A stretch of 63,542 nucleotides of DNA, the filler included, from Olpidium bornovanus S191 (Eukaryota > Fungi > Olpidiomycota), in NCBI GenBank assembly GCA_017911155.1. It is 28 parts of 28 records of this genome, joined end to end, with 100 filler letters (N's around TTAATTAATTAA, not from the genome) between each part and the next. Parts side by side here need not be neighbours in the genome. Positions count along the whole stretch, not along the records: positions 37,059 to 40,885 come from JAEFCI010013053.1; positions 40,986 to 43,607 come from JAEFCI010008378.1; positions 43,708 to 45,397 come from JAEFCI010011892.1; positions 45,498 to 47,719 come from JAEFCI010006336.1; positions 47,820 to 54,195 come from JAEFCI010010247.1; 23 more parts are not named here. The stretch is one strand, 5' to 3'. The position numbers were made by a program, and so were the translations under genes. The notes beneath the pieces were generated by a model. That model saw nothing but the letters and a program-made list of their open reading frames with translations, did not search any database and was not told the DNA's origin. Positions 36,959 through 48,156 of this stretch are shown piece after piece. Each line of letters begins with the position of its first letter. The first letter of the stretch is position 1.

Positions 36959-37656
36959 NNNNNNNNNNNNNNNNNNNNNNNNNNNNNNNNNNNNNNNNNN
37001 NNTTAATTAATTAANNNNNNNNNNNNNNNNNNNNNNNNNNNNNNNNNNNNNNNNNNNNCATGTGTACGAGTGCGGGTTGAGCGCTGCAGCGGGAGGTCTG
37101 TACCCACTTGCGGTTCCGGAGACACAATTTTGGGGGGCCGGTGCGTCTGCCGATTGACCGGCGACGTTTTGGGGCGGAGGGATGGACGTCCTCGCGCAAC
37201 CACTAAAGCGGGGCGGCGTGGCTGACATGCTTCGTGTGTGCATCAGCGCGTTCTCGGCGCAGGAGCTTGCTCCCGCGCGTGACGGCGCCGCACACAAGGG
37301 CTCGCTCGGACTCGGCTCCAGAGGGGCGCGGTGTGCTGGCAAATCACTCCCGGTCTCGCGCACCCGTGGCAGCAGGGGCGTTTCCCCCCGAGAAACCTCT
37401 AGCCTCTGTCGCTGCTGGCGTGGGGGGGGGGTTGGCTCCTTCCGCCCCGCCCGTCTCCACCGGGTCCGCGGCCGGAAGTGTCGCAGTCCCGCCGCCGCCG
37501 TACGCCGCCCCACCCCCTTCGGCCCGGCTGGGGAGGAGCAGAGACTGGTGCGTCACAAAAAAAAAAAAAAAAAAAAAAAAAAAAACGGGTTCAGGGAAAA
37601 ACCGCCCAAGGGGGGAAAAAACTCTAAAAAAAAAAAAAAAAAAAAAAGGTGAACGC

Positions 37657-39912
37657 ATGGACAACTCCCGGCCGTCCGGGAACATCACGGGGCCGGTCTC
37701 TGGCGCCCCCGGCCGCCGGCCGCAGGAGGGGGCCGCGGCCGCCACAAGGGTCAGGACGAACCGCATGACCATGTTTCTCCCGCCGTCCAACAGGCTGAGC
37801 TTGGCCGTGAAAAAGGGAGGGCCGGCGGCGGCGGCGGCGGCGCAGCAGCCTCCGCTTCCCGCGCCTCCGCTGCCTGCAGAGTTAGCGGCAGCCGCCGCCG
37901 CCGCCCAGGCGCCGCCGTACGGACGGTCGTCCTCGCCCGCTCCCGATTCCCCCGTGCGGTCGAATTCCCTCCCGCGCGCGGGGGCGAAACCGCCGGCACC
38001 GCAGTCGACAGCGAAAGCCCGGCTGCAGGCGGCGGCCGCCGCCGCCGCAGATCCTAGCCAGCCGCGGCTGCAGTCGCCGCCGCCGCCGCCGCCGCCGCGC
38101 GGCCCCGCCTCGGCCGGGGCGGTCCGGGCTGCGGGGAGGCTGGAGCCTGCGAAGGCGACGAGCAACAGGATGTCCATTTTCGTCCCCAACCGCCGTCCGA
38201 AGACGGCCGAGGCAGACGGCACCCCGCCGCCGCCGCCGGCGCTCCCTTCGTTTGCCTTCGAGAAACCGCTGCCGTTGCCGCACCAGCGGCAGGCGTTGCC
38301 AAAGGACCGAGGTCCACCTGAACTTCCGACGACGCCGCCGGGCGGCAGGCGGACCGCCCCGGTTCCGCAGAAGCGCCTCGGCCCGGTTCGCGGCGCAGAC
38401 TTTCCGGCCGGGGAGCTCGAGGCGGCCCTCCCGGCGGGTCCCGAAGCGGCCGGTGGGGCGGCAGCAGGGAGCCCTCCCCAGGGAGCAGCACGGCCCGAAC
38501 AGAAGAACCTCCCTCTTCTCCCGCCGAACCTTCGTCCTGCCCGGCCCGCGGACGGGCCCGGCATCGAGGACGCCAGGCCGGACCCGATCGAGGACCTCAT
38601 GCGGGAACTCGAGGCCGCGCAGTCGCAGACCAGGATGCAGCTTGACGTACCGCCGCTGGCCGGCGCGAGCCAACAGGGCCAGAGCGAAGGCGAGGAGAAC
38701 ATCTTTGACGAGACGGACGATTCGGACTTTTCGCCGGGCGACGCCGAGCGGAACTTCGCGGGCGCCGGCATGACCCCGGAGGGAATCGTCCTCCGGCGCC
38801 TCGACGTCGACCTCGGCACCGGGGCGGACCGGCCGTCGTCGTTCGACCTCGGCGAACTGCTGAGCGCCCTGACGCGGTCGGCGGAACCGGAGGCGTACGA
38901 CGACGGCCTCGCGGAGGGTCAGAAACGGCCGGCGAGCCGAGCGGGACAAGATCCTGTCAAAAAGGAGCCCGGCGTCACCCCCTCCGGCGACCAGCGTGCC
39001 GCGGGCGGCGGCGGCGGCGGCGGCCAGCGGGCACCGCTCGGCCCGCCGCTTACCAAACCGGCGGCTGCGGCCCTCCAACCCGGAGCGCAGCCGTCTCCGC
39101 CGGCGGTTTCCGCGGGCGCGGAACCCGGCCGCCGAAACAACGCGGTTCTGCCGGGCAAACCCGCCGCGAAGAACCCCAGGATGACGTCGTTGGGGCCGCC
39201 GCCCAGGCGACAAAGGGGGCCGGGCGGCGGCTCTGCCCCGGGTTCACCCCAGCCGGGTTCTGACGCGGCGGCGGCCTCCTCGGCGCCCGCCTCGCCCGCG
39301 GCTGTCGCTGGTACTGCCAAAGTCGACGAGTACGACGCAGCGGCTGGCCCGGCCTCTCAAACCGGCGACGCGAGCGAGGGCTACCGGCTCGCGCCGCCGG
39401 CAGAAAATCGGCTGCGGCCGAAGTCGTTCAGCGCAACGAAAGTTTCCACCACCGTCGCCGCCGCTCGGGGACGAGGAGGGCAGGCCGGCGTAACGTCGGA
39501 GTTCGCCGCGTCGCTCGCGCTGCAGCCGCAAGACTCCTTTCCCGAGCCTCCGGCCGACGCCGCCGACGCCGCCAATGCTGCCGCCGGCCCGACAGCGACG
39601 CCGCCGGAAGCGGGACCGCCGGCGCGCGCCGCTGGTTCCCTGCCGCTGCGAAGGACTTCCACGGCCGCCCAACCCGGCGGCGGGCCGCCTCCGATGTTGA
39701 CGATGTCCTCGGAGTCGCCGTCGCCGTCACCGTCGCCGTCGCCGTCGCCCGCCGCTGCCCCGGATTCTCGGGACGACCCCAACGCAATCTCGCGCGGCTT
39801 CATGGCGAAGTTCGGCAACTTCGGCGGGATGCTGGACATCGACGTCGAGCCCGACGTAAATGTGACGCCCGTGAGCGAAAACAGTTTGACGGACGAGATG
39901 GACCTAAGATAG
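37657..39912 (+). CDS. Large Pro/Ala/Ser-rich disordered protein region, probably the first exon of a larger gene
   Basis: About 750 codons open from ATG 37657 with GC3 bias. Likely donor GTAAAT at 39856 after ...MLDIDVEPD. No folded domain recognised. Confidence 0.7.
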   Translation: MDNSRPSGNITGPVSGAPGRRPQEGAAAATRVRTNRMTMFLPPSNRLSLAVKKGGPAAAAAAQQPPLPAPPLPAELAAAAAAAQAPPYGRSSSPAPDSPVRSNSLPRAGAKPPAPQSTAKARLQAAAAAAADPSQPRLQSPPPPPPPRGPASAGAVRAAGRLEPAKATSNRMSIFVPNRRPKTAEADGTPPPPPALPSFAFEKPLPLPHQRQALPKDRGPPELPTTPPGGRRTAPVPQKRLGPVRGADFPAGELEAALPAGPEAAGGAAAGSPPQGAARPEQKNLPLLPPNLRPARPADGPGIEDARPDPIEDLMRELEAAQSQTRMQLDVPPLAGASQQGQSEGEENIFDETDDSDFSPGDAERNFAGAGMTPEGIVLRRLDVDLGTGADRPSSFDLGELLSALTRSAEPEAYDDGLAEGQKRPASRAGQDPVKKEPGVTPSGDQRAAGGGGGGGQRAPLGPPLTKPAAAALQPGAQPSPPAVSAGAEPGRRNNAVLPGKPAAKNPRMTSLGPPPRRQRGPGGGSAPGSPQPGSDAAAASSAPASPAAVAGTAKVDEYDAAAGPASQTGDASEGYRLAPPAENRLRPKSFSATKVSTTVAAARGRGGQAGVTSEFAASLALQPQDSFPEPPADAADAANAAAGPTATPPEAGPPARAAGSLPLRRTSTAAQPGGGPPPMLTMSSESPSPSPSPSPSPAAAPDSRDDPNAISRGFMAKFGNFGGMLDIDVEPDVNVTPVSENSLTDEMDLR

Positions 39913-40778
39913 AGGAGATAGAGGCGGAAGTCACCCAACCTCATCCCCCCCCCCCCTTCCCCCTTTTTCCCCATGAGAGTGCATATTTATCTAGATTTCG
40001 CCCCGGTTTAGAACGGGACCCCGCCTGCGAAACGGGCGTATTTGGCTCAGCTTCAAAAAGGGAAATATTCTCGGCAACTTGCGACGTGCGGAGACAGAAA
40101 GCGAAAACCGCGTCCCCGGGGAAAAAGACAAGACTCTTGTCCCCGGCGCTTTCGGGGCAGGGAGGAACGGCGACCCCCCGTTCCGAGGAAGACGAAGAGC
40201 GCCGACGCGCACGCCAGACCCCGCCGGCCTTCTTCTCGGGTCGTGCTGCGCCCTGCCGCCACGGGAAGGACCGCCGCCCAATTTTTTTTTTTTTTTTGAC
40301 GCGCGCGTCCTTCCCCACGCCCCCGCTCGCGCGCCCCCCGGCGCCTGTGCGGTCCCGGTACAGAGAGAGTGCTCCTTTTCCGCGCGCGCCGCTTGCCGGG
40401 CAGAGCAACGCCGGGGAAGGAATAAGGTCGGGGAAGCCGCGTGGAACGAAGAGTCAGTCACAAGGCGTGGGGCGGGCGGGGAGGCCGCCAGGATCGCGCC
40501 ACGTGGCGATTCTGGCGTAAGGAACGGCGATGAAGCGGGGGTAAGCTGAGGCCAAAAAAACACGCACAGGAGAGAGGGCGGAAACAAGAAAAAAAAAAAA
40601 AAAAAAGACAGAACGAACGGAACTGGCGCGGAGGCAAAAAAACCACGCGCGGGGGCGCACAGGCGCAGCAAGACCAAAAGGCCGAAAACTCAAAAATGGC
40701 TTTCCAGAGTGGGGGGTTGGGGCCGACGCCACCACAGGCGGCCGGCCGCGGCTTCTTTGGGATGCGGGGCGAAGGGAA

Positions 40779-40853
<75 letters not shown>

Positions 40854-40985
40854 GGGGGGGGGGGGGGGGGTTTTTTGGGGGGGGGNNNNNNNNNNNNNNN
40901 NNNNNNNNNNNNNNNNNNNNNNNNNNNNNTTAATTAATTAANNNNNNNNNNNNNNNNNNNNNNNNNNNNNNNNNNNNNNNNNNNN

Positions 40986-41252
40986 TTGTGGCGGCGCACC
41001 GACATCCCCGCCTCAAAGTTCACGGAGGAGGGAATCTCCGCCTTCTTCATCCGAATGATTTACAACGGGCGCATACCTACATTTTACCAACGCTGGTGCG
41101 ACATGAACCGCTGTCCGCTCAACGTGTTCCTTCGCCGGTTGAACGACGTCGTGCCGAAGGATCCGATCGCGGCGTGCCGTGGTGATTCCGGCTCGGCACC
41201 TGCGGATGAGGCGCCCGGGAAAGAATCGAGCATCGAACAAACGCGAACATAG
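40986..41252 (+). CDS. C-terminal fragment of an unidentified protein
   Basis: Open from the contig start: ...GISAFFIRMIYNGRIPTFYQRWCDMNRCPLNVFLRRLNDVV...QTRT*. Confidence 0.45.
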   Translation: MWRRTDIPASKFTEEGISAFFIRMIYNGRIPTFYQRWCDMNRCPLNVFLRRLNDVVPKDPIAACRGDSGSAPADEAPGKESSIEQTRT

Positions 41253-42158
41253 TAGGACCATCGCAATTACTGTGGCGCTTGCGTCTCAGATTTTCAGGGC
41301 CAACAATCCCTGGGAAAAAGCGCAGGGTCTCGGTACACTTCTACCCGTAATTGTAATCAGCAATAATCAGCCATCCCACGACGGACCACGAACACGTAAA
41401 ACCTCGATACGGTCATCCAATTATCTGCGCTCGAATTTCAATTTGCACTTTCCTGAGCAAATGGGCTGCTACAGTTGATTTGAGACGATTTAAACGAAAT
41501 GAACTGTTGGATTGCTCGATGTTCTCCGCTTTGGAATCCGCAGAGATTGGTTACACCGCCAATTGCCGGATTGTCAATCATCTCTTACGCAGAGCGGAAT
41601 CAAGAAAAAAAAATAGCACCACAAAGACGCTCTTCTTCACCAGACACTGCCCGGGATATTTCACAAAAATCGTCGAAAGCAACGCGGGAAAACCCAACTC
41701 CGGTTAAATTCGGGTGGGGAAAGATGTGCCGGGAGGAAGCGTTTTCTCGGCGGGTAACCCGTGTGACGTGCGTGGCTCCGCAGAACCGAGTCCGCGACCG
41801 CCGGGAAGAGGACGGACGCTACAGCGGGCCGCCGAGGCCCACGCTCTGAGCGGCGTTTCGAGGATAATTCTAATTGGTGGCCCCGATCCTGTGCGTCGGC
41901 ATTTCGAAACGTGGTGAATGGCTCAATCTCTGAAAAGTCCTGGTAATAATTATGCCCTGACCCTAAACACAAGGAACGATCTCTCAGATGGCATTCTCAT
42001 CATTTGGTCCCGGCAACGAGGCACTGCAGAGAAAAGCATTGGAAAGCAGTCCAAGGCCAGACGCTTTCCGCCTAGCAGTGGCCGATGCGGTCACACAAGC
42101 TGGAATCTCAAATGACCGACTAATTCTTTTCGTTTTAAGGCAGAAAAGGGAGGGAGGG

Positions 42159-42159
<1 letters not shown>

Positions 42160-42193
<34 letters not shown>

Positions 42194-42228
42194 CGTGTGT
42201 GTGTGTGCGTGCGTGTGTGTGTGTGTGC
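42160..42228. repeat. (GT)n/(GTGC)n microsatellite
   Basis: Directly visible. Confidence 0.95.
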
Positions 42229-42496
42229 AGGAGAAGCTGTATTGCCAACGACAAAAAGCTCCGATTATCTGATCTCCTTCCCGTTGTGCGGAAGCCACCG
42301 TGCAGTTTCTTGCCCGGTTCGCAACCGACCGGCAGGGCAAAAATGCCGTCTGCGGCCCGCGCGAACGCCGCAATGAAATGACTTCATCGCGCGCGGGGCT
42401 AACCGGCGGGGCGAGAATCCGGTAAAAAAGGAAACGCCGTCCGGTCGTTCGTTCGCGTCGTTTTTCGGTTTCGCATTACGGCATAAAAACAAGCTG

Positions 42497-43389
42497 TCAG
42501 AGGTATTTTTTCGCCAGCAGGCGCACTCGCTGGTCAAACACCGGAGACCGTATCGGCGAATTCACGTCGTAAAATGGGTTCAAGAGAACCTGAGGGACGG
42601 AAGACCGGAGAGCTACTTGTGAGTCCACGGTCGGCAGAAGAAGGGGGGTGAGGCGGAAAGTTTCCGTCAGGTTGCTACTCCCTGCCGGCTCGGCCAACTG
42701 GCCTGTTCCCTTCACCTTGATATACAACTCGTGGCATTCCGTAAAGAAGTTTTTTATCCCGTCGTCCGCCTTTGTTTCATGCAAGAGGACGAATTTCACA
42801 TCTGCGCGCCGCCATTTGCGTTACCATTGAATCCGATGCACTCCCAGCTAGTGAACACTTTTCTCCGAGGACCGTCCCCCCTCTTGTCCACTTACTGCTG
42901 GCGGTGACGTACGCGGATATATAGTAGTCGTTGAATTTGTCGACGACTTTCAAGTACCTTGTTCGCAACGCGAAAGCGGGTAACAGCGTTTTTGGCCCCT
43001 TATCGACATACGAGACCAACAGAGCCTGAGGCAACCACCCTCCCCCCCGCGGGGCCAACTATAGTGACACGAAAAACCGGACGGGCGTACATCGAAGTGG
43101 TGGTCCACAGGACTTCTTCCACGAGGTCGAGCGCGGCGTGGACGATGAACTGGTTGAGGTGCCGGTGGTCTCCGTCGACGCGCTTGCCCGGCTCCGCGGC
43201 GGCGGAGGCGGCCCGCGCGCCCGCCTGCTGCGGCCCGCTGCCCTGCGGCTGGGCCGGGTGGTGCTGCAGGGGGCCCACGCCCGGCACCGGCTGCTGCGAC
43301 TGCGGCTGCTGTTGCGGCGGCTGCCCGAAGTCCGGCAGCTCGTACAGGGGGTTGTCCCTGGTCCCGACGATGGCAAAGTAGGTGGCCAT
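42497..43389 (-). CDS. TRS20: TRAPP subunit Trs20/sedlin, complete; exons 43389-43091, 42957-42896, 42801-42716, 42589-42497
   Basis: [14 protein letters not shown]...[18 protein letters not shown]...[26 protein letters not shown]...[20 protein letters not shown]...[13 protein letters not shown]. Confidence 0.97.
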
Positions 43390-43526
43390 GGCCTCGATCC
43401 CGTCCCCCCACCCCCTCCCGCGTCAAAGAAACGAGAAAAAAAAGATGCAGACGCTGGGGCGCGGGGGGCCAGCCACGGGGACGTGGGGTTGGTGGGGTTG
43501 GTGGGGGGGGGGGGGGGGGGGGGGGG

Positions 43527-43605
<79 letters not shown>

Positions 43606-43707
43606 AANNNNNNNNNNNNNNNNNNNNNNNNNNNNNNNNNNNNNNNNNNNNTTAATTAATTAANNNNNNNNNNNNNNNNNNNNNNNNNNNNNNNNNNNNN
43701 NNNNNNN

Positions 43708-45117
43708 CATGCGATAGATACGTGGGTGGAATGACAACCTCCGGTACCCTTGGGTGTCAATTGTCATCACGGGCACTGTCCGCCCCGCTCCGGCAGCAGC
43801 AGCAGCAGCAGCAGGGTTGCCGTCAGAACGACCGGGCTTTCTGATCTTTATGCCGCAGTAGTGGTACTTGCTCTGTCCGCGGGTCCCAAGTCGGCGCGTC
43901 TTCAGGTCGGGAAAGACGGAGCGGATAAGCTTGCCAAAGGAAGCCGAATTGACCGGACGCAGGCCCTGCTGCTGGCAGTACTTGAGGTAGTGGGAGTAGA
44001 GGCTGATCCTGGGGACGTTGTGGTCCTCCTCCACCTCGTAGTTTTCCATGAGCCTGAGGGAAGAGGATCGTCGCGAAACGTGATGAGCAACCGTATGCGC
44101 GACCGGCGGGCAGCGATACCAAAGTAGTCAAAGGAGCTAAGCGTGTGATTACCAGGATGTCACGAAAAGAGATCTCGCACGGTCCGCGGCGGCGCCGGTG
44201 GCGGCTGCGTTGGCTTTCTTGGCCAGCTGCTCGAGCGTGTCGGTGTTCTCCAAGGCCAGCCGGCGCAGGTCGCCCTGGGTTTGGGAGTCGATGTTGATGC
44301 TATGGCCGGATATCGTGGGCGAGTTGGCAAAGCTCTCGTCAACGTCCATGAGATCGTCCTTGTCGTCTGACACGTCCCACTCCTCCTCAACATGCGTGAC
44401 GTCGTTTGCGCCGCCGTGGCCCGCGCTTCGTTCCTCGGACGCACTGTGCGCCGAGAAAGGCTGTGCGGCGGGAGGTGTAAAACGCGCTTCCGGCGGCGCG
44501 GCATCGGCGGAAAGCGGCGGAGCCTTCGGCGGAACGTCTTCCCTTGTTGGAGCCCATGCGCAAGAAGTGTCGACGGCCGCCTGCGGCCCGAGGGAAGCCA
44601 TCTCGGCAAGTTTCGGTCCCTCTCGGCGCCGGTCGTCCCCCGCGTCGTTGCCGCTGTCACGCTTGTCCAGCAACGCTCGCACCTCGCCAAGCGCACGGGC
44701 AACGGTATGCGGGTCTTGCGGCTGCGGCTGTCGGTTTGCCGGCTGCTCCTTGTCGCACGCGTCCCCCTTGCAGTCAAGCCGCGCGGACGGGGATGCAAAA
44801 CCGGTCGGCGCTTGCCGCGTTGCCGAGATCATGGAAACGGGCGAGCCGGCAGCCGGGCCGCTCGGGGTTGCCTGCCTCTCTTTGCCGGGCGCCAAACAGG
44901 CGTTTCCACCGGTGCCCTCTTCCTCCCTCCCTCTCTCTATTTCTTCCCCGCGCGCCGCGACCGCGCTCTTCCGCAAGGCGCCGGCTTCTGTTGCCTCCGC
45001 GGCCTGAACCGCCGCCGTTACTGCCACTGCGGCGGCTGCCACTGCCGACGGCGCTGCTGCCGCGGACACCAGCAGCGGCGAACTGGCAGCGCTGTCGGCC
45101 GTCGCTCCCGTGATCAT
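43708..45117 (-). CDS. RFX: RFX-family winged-helix transcription factor, 5' partial gene; intron 44152-44054
   Basis: SW-LMENYE...VPRISLYSHYLKYC...PVNSASFGKLIRSVFPDLKTRRLGTRGQSKYHYCGI is the RFX DNA-binding domain. Start codon uncertain. Confidence 0.95.
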
Positions 45118-45971
45118 CGGGGGCCCGTCTCCGGCCTCCTCTCTCCCCTCCCGGTCCTTCTTTCTCTCTCTCTCGCTCTCTACCGCTCTCTCCCGCCCTC
45201 TCCCGATCTCTCCCGCTCTCTCGCCCCTCTTCGCCTTTTCTCGCTCTCTCCCTCTATCTCCTCCCGACGCACGCGGGGGCGGGCCCGCCGCCTCCAAACC
45301 TCGGCTCTCAGGACGTGTCGCCCTCGGGGTACCGGCGATGGGGCAAGCCGGGAAAGGGAGGGAAAGGAGCGCCAGGCGGAGGGGGGAAAGGGGGGGGNNN
45401 NNNNNNNNNNNNNNNNNNNNNNNNNNNNNNNNNNNNNNNNNTTAATTAATTAANNNNNNNNNNNNNNNNNNNNNNNNNNNNNNNNNNNNNNNNNNNNCCG
45501 CCTTATTGATTTCGCCAAAAATGTTGCTTTTCCTTTTTTGACGTTCAAGTCGTGTGCGCTGACCAATTTACCAACTGTCACAGCGTAAAACATCATTCAC
45601 TGATTCGTATAATACAATGCAAAATCTCTTGTTTTTGTTGTTGTCGTTCGCGCCGAAGCGACGAAATGAGACAAACGGGAAGGGGGTCAAGTCCCCCCTG
45701 TACCCGCGGGACCGAAACGCAAAAGAAACGCCGCGCATTCACATGATTGTTCTCCCATCGCGTCGCCTCCTCCCGCCTGCCACCCTTGCTTCGGGAGCCG
45801 GCGCCGTGGGAGTAAATGGTCTTGGGTTTCCCGTGCCATCGCGACCAACTGCTGTTAGCTCTGTCAAGAGGAGGCGAAATAAACCCACCCCCCCCCCTTT
45901 GCCGCCAGGGTTCACCGAAGAACGGCGCGAGAAACGCCCTAACGCTGACTAATTGATCCTCATATTATCAG

Positions 45972-46340
45972 GTCTTGGAGGCGCAACCAGCAAACCTGGA
46001 GTTTTTGACTCAACTGGGCCACATTCTCTACAGCTATATAGCCGCCTCTCCACCTGAAAAGTGCATTCATACGCCTCCGCTGTCGCAGATACTTCATTCA
46101 AGTCAAGAAGTCGGTCCACTTCTGCTCCGGAGCAGGGGACAATCCATCTCTGCACCACCCAACTATTGGAGACGTATTGTACGTGGTTACCATTCTATTT
46201 CACAGTCGACAATGACAAGCTTTCCGCCCACACTGTTGACCTTACACCTGGTGCAATACTTCCTCAGCCTCAATTACGCCCTCCGTTTCTGCTCAAGGAC
46301 AGTCCGGGTAACCCCTAAACCTGTAGTCCTTTCGTTTTGA
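45972..46340 (+). CDS. Possible 3' exon(s) of an unidentified gene convergent on LCL2
   Basis: Branch-like CTGAC/CTAAT and acceptor atcag, then VLEAQPANLEFLTQLGHILYSYIAASPPEK. Downstream structure ambiguous. Confidence 0.3.
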   Translation, partial: VLEAQPANLEFLTQLGHILYSYIAASPPEKCIHTPPLSQILHSSQEVGPLLLRSRGQSISAPPNYWRRIVRGYHSISQSTMTSFPPTLLTLHLVQYFLSLNYALRFCSRTVRVTPKPVVLSF

Positions 46341-46490
46341 TGACATATCCTTGTCGAGGTTCCTCCACCGTTATGTCGACTCGGTTCCAGAACCGTGCTC
46401 GACCACTTGCGGAAGCCCTCTGCGTAAACAACGCAAGATCTATTCTTTTATATTTAGGTACTGCAGATCTGAGACCCCGTTGCAAACCCC

Positions 46491-47401
46491 TTATGTCCGA
46501 AGGCCCGTCCAAGAGTCGCAAGTTTGGTCGCCGCGAACACAGTAGTGCCAATTTCCTGTCGGACACCTTACGTCCGTCGGACTGGGACACGGGCAGGCGG
46601 CTGGGGATGATACTGAGAAGGTGACGTGGGCCCGCATAGGTCGTTGAGCAGACCGGGGTTAAGCTCAGGTCCGTACGACAGCAGAATGGGCGGGAAAACT
46701 TGGGCTCGAAAGCACACTCACCACAAACTCTGGTGTTGGCGCAGAAGTATTCCCTGCAATCTTTTTCGATTTTGTCTTCAGTCGGACGGGAGGATGCAAA
46801 ACCGTGGTGAGCGTTCAACAGACCAGGAGAGCCTCAGGGAGGGGGATTTACGCATGAACCCGGCGAGCGGCAGGGAGCGGGGGGGATTTTGCCGGAGGGG
46901 CTCCAGTTCGTTCTTTTCCGCGGTCTGCGGAAAGCGACGACTCATTTCCTACTCCTCGACAGAACATCTCGCGGCCCCCGATAAGCGCCTCGCCTCACCC
47001 CTTCTCGGCGCAGGATGTCTGGCGAACCCGAACTGCGCGTTTTGCGAGTCTGGCGAAGCGGAGTGGGGGTAAAAGTCTCGAGCGCCCGCGGCGCGCGGGG
47101 GGGAATCGCCTGGGCGGTCGGCGCGTCCGGCGCCGCCGCCGCCGCCACCGCCTCCGCCGCCAAAGAAGTCGAAGAAGTCAAACGCGGCGGCCGCCCCGTA
47201 GCGACCGCGCGCGAAGGGGGAGGGAGCGGCGTCGTCGGCGAAGAAGGACGAGGGCGGGGAGGGCGGCGGAGACGGCAGCAGGACCAGCAGCAGCACATGG
47301 AGGGCGAGGAACAAGGCGGCCGGACGCCCGGCTGCGCGGCAGGAGGAACGGGCAGCGCCTGACGCGGGCTGCGTCCGCGCGGCTTGCGCTGCGGCGACCA
47401 T
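46491..47401 (-). CDS. LCL2: LCL2-like (long chronological lifespan protein 2) secretory-pathway protein; exons 47401-46999, 46775-46722, 46612-46491
   Basis: Hydrophobic N-terminal segment, FDFFDFFGGGG, then spliced CREYFCANTRVCVSSPAACPCPSPTDVRCPTGNWHYCVRGDQTC. This fits the C..YLC..T..CV..P..CPCP pattern I recall for LCL2. All phases match. Confidence 0.7.
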
Positions 47402-47563
47402 GGCCAGAAGGGGCGTGCGGGCCTGGCGGACAGAGAGACGTCGTCGGGTGCGGGCGGGCGGTCGGCCGGCCTTTTTGCCGTCGTCTCTCGTTTGGGGCGC
47501 GAGCGGTTTTTTGTGGACGTCTTTTCAGCGGCGACCGAGGGAGGAAGAGACGCCCGCCCCGGC

Positions 47564-47595
<32 letters not shown>

Positions 47596-47625
47596 CCCGC
47601 CTTTTCCCGTTTGCCCCCTGCTCCC

Positions 47626-47706
<81 letters not shown>

Positions 47707-48156
47707 CCCCCCGCCGCGCNNNNNNNNNNNNNNNNNNNNNNNNNNNNNNNNNNNNNNNNNNNNTTAATTAATTAANNNNNNNNNNNNNNNNNNNNNNNNN
47801 NNNNNNNNNNNNNNNNNNNCATGCCTTGTTCTTAATGGCGTGCCGGTCGCTAATGACGTAACGTAGTATACACCAGGTGCCGTCGGCGCAGAGGTTGTTT
47901 GAACAATACGGACGAAAGAGATAAAACATTCAGAGTTTACGATGACACGGGCGGCGCCGTCCAAAAGACGCCTTGGCGCCGCCGCGAAATTTCGTCTTTC
48001 CGAATCACCTTTCCCCGCCCTTCGAATTAGGGACGGCGTCCTTACGACCGTAAAAAAAAACAAAAAGAAACAAACCGAACTTCGATAAAACGTGAAACAA
48101 AAAGCGGTACAAGAAGCGCTTGTTAACGCAGGAGGTCCATCAGGGGGGCCGAGCAG

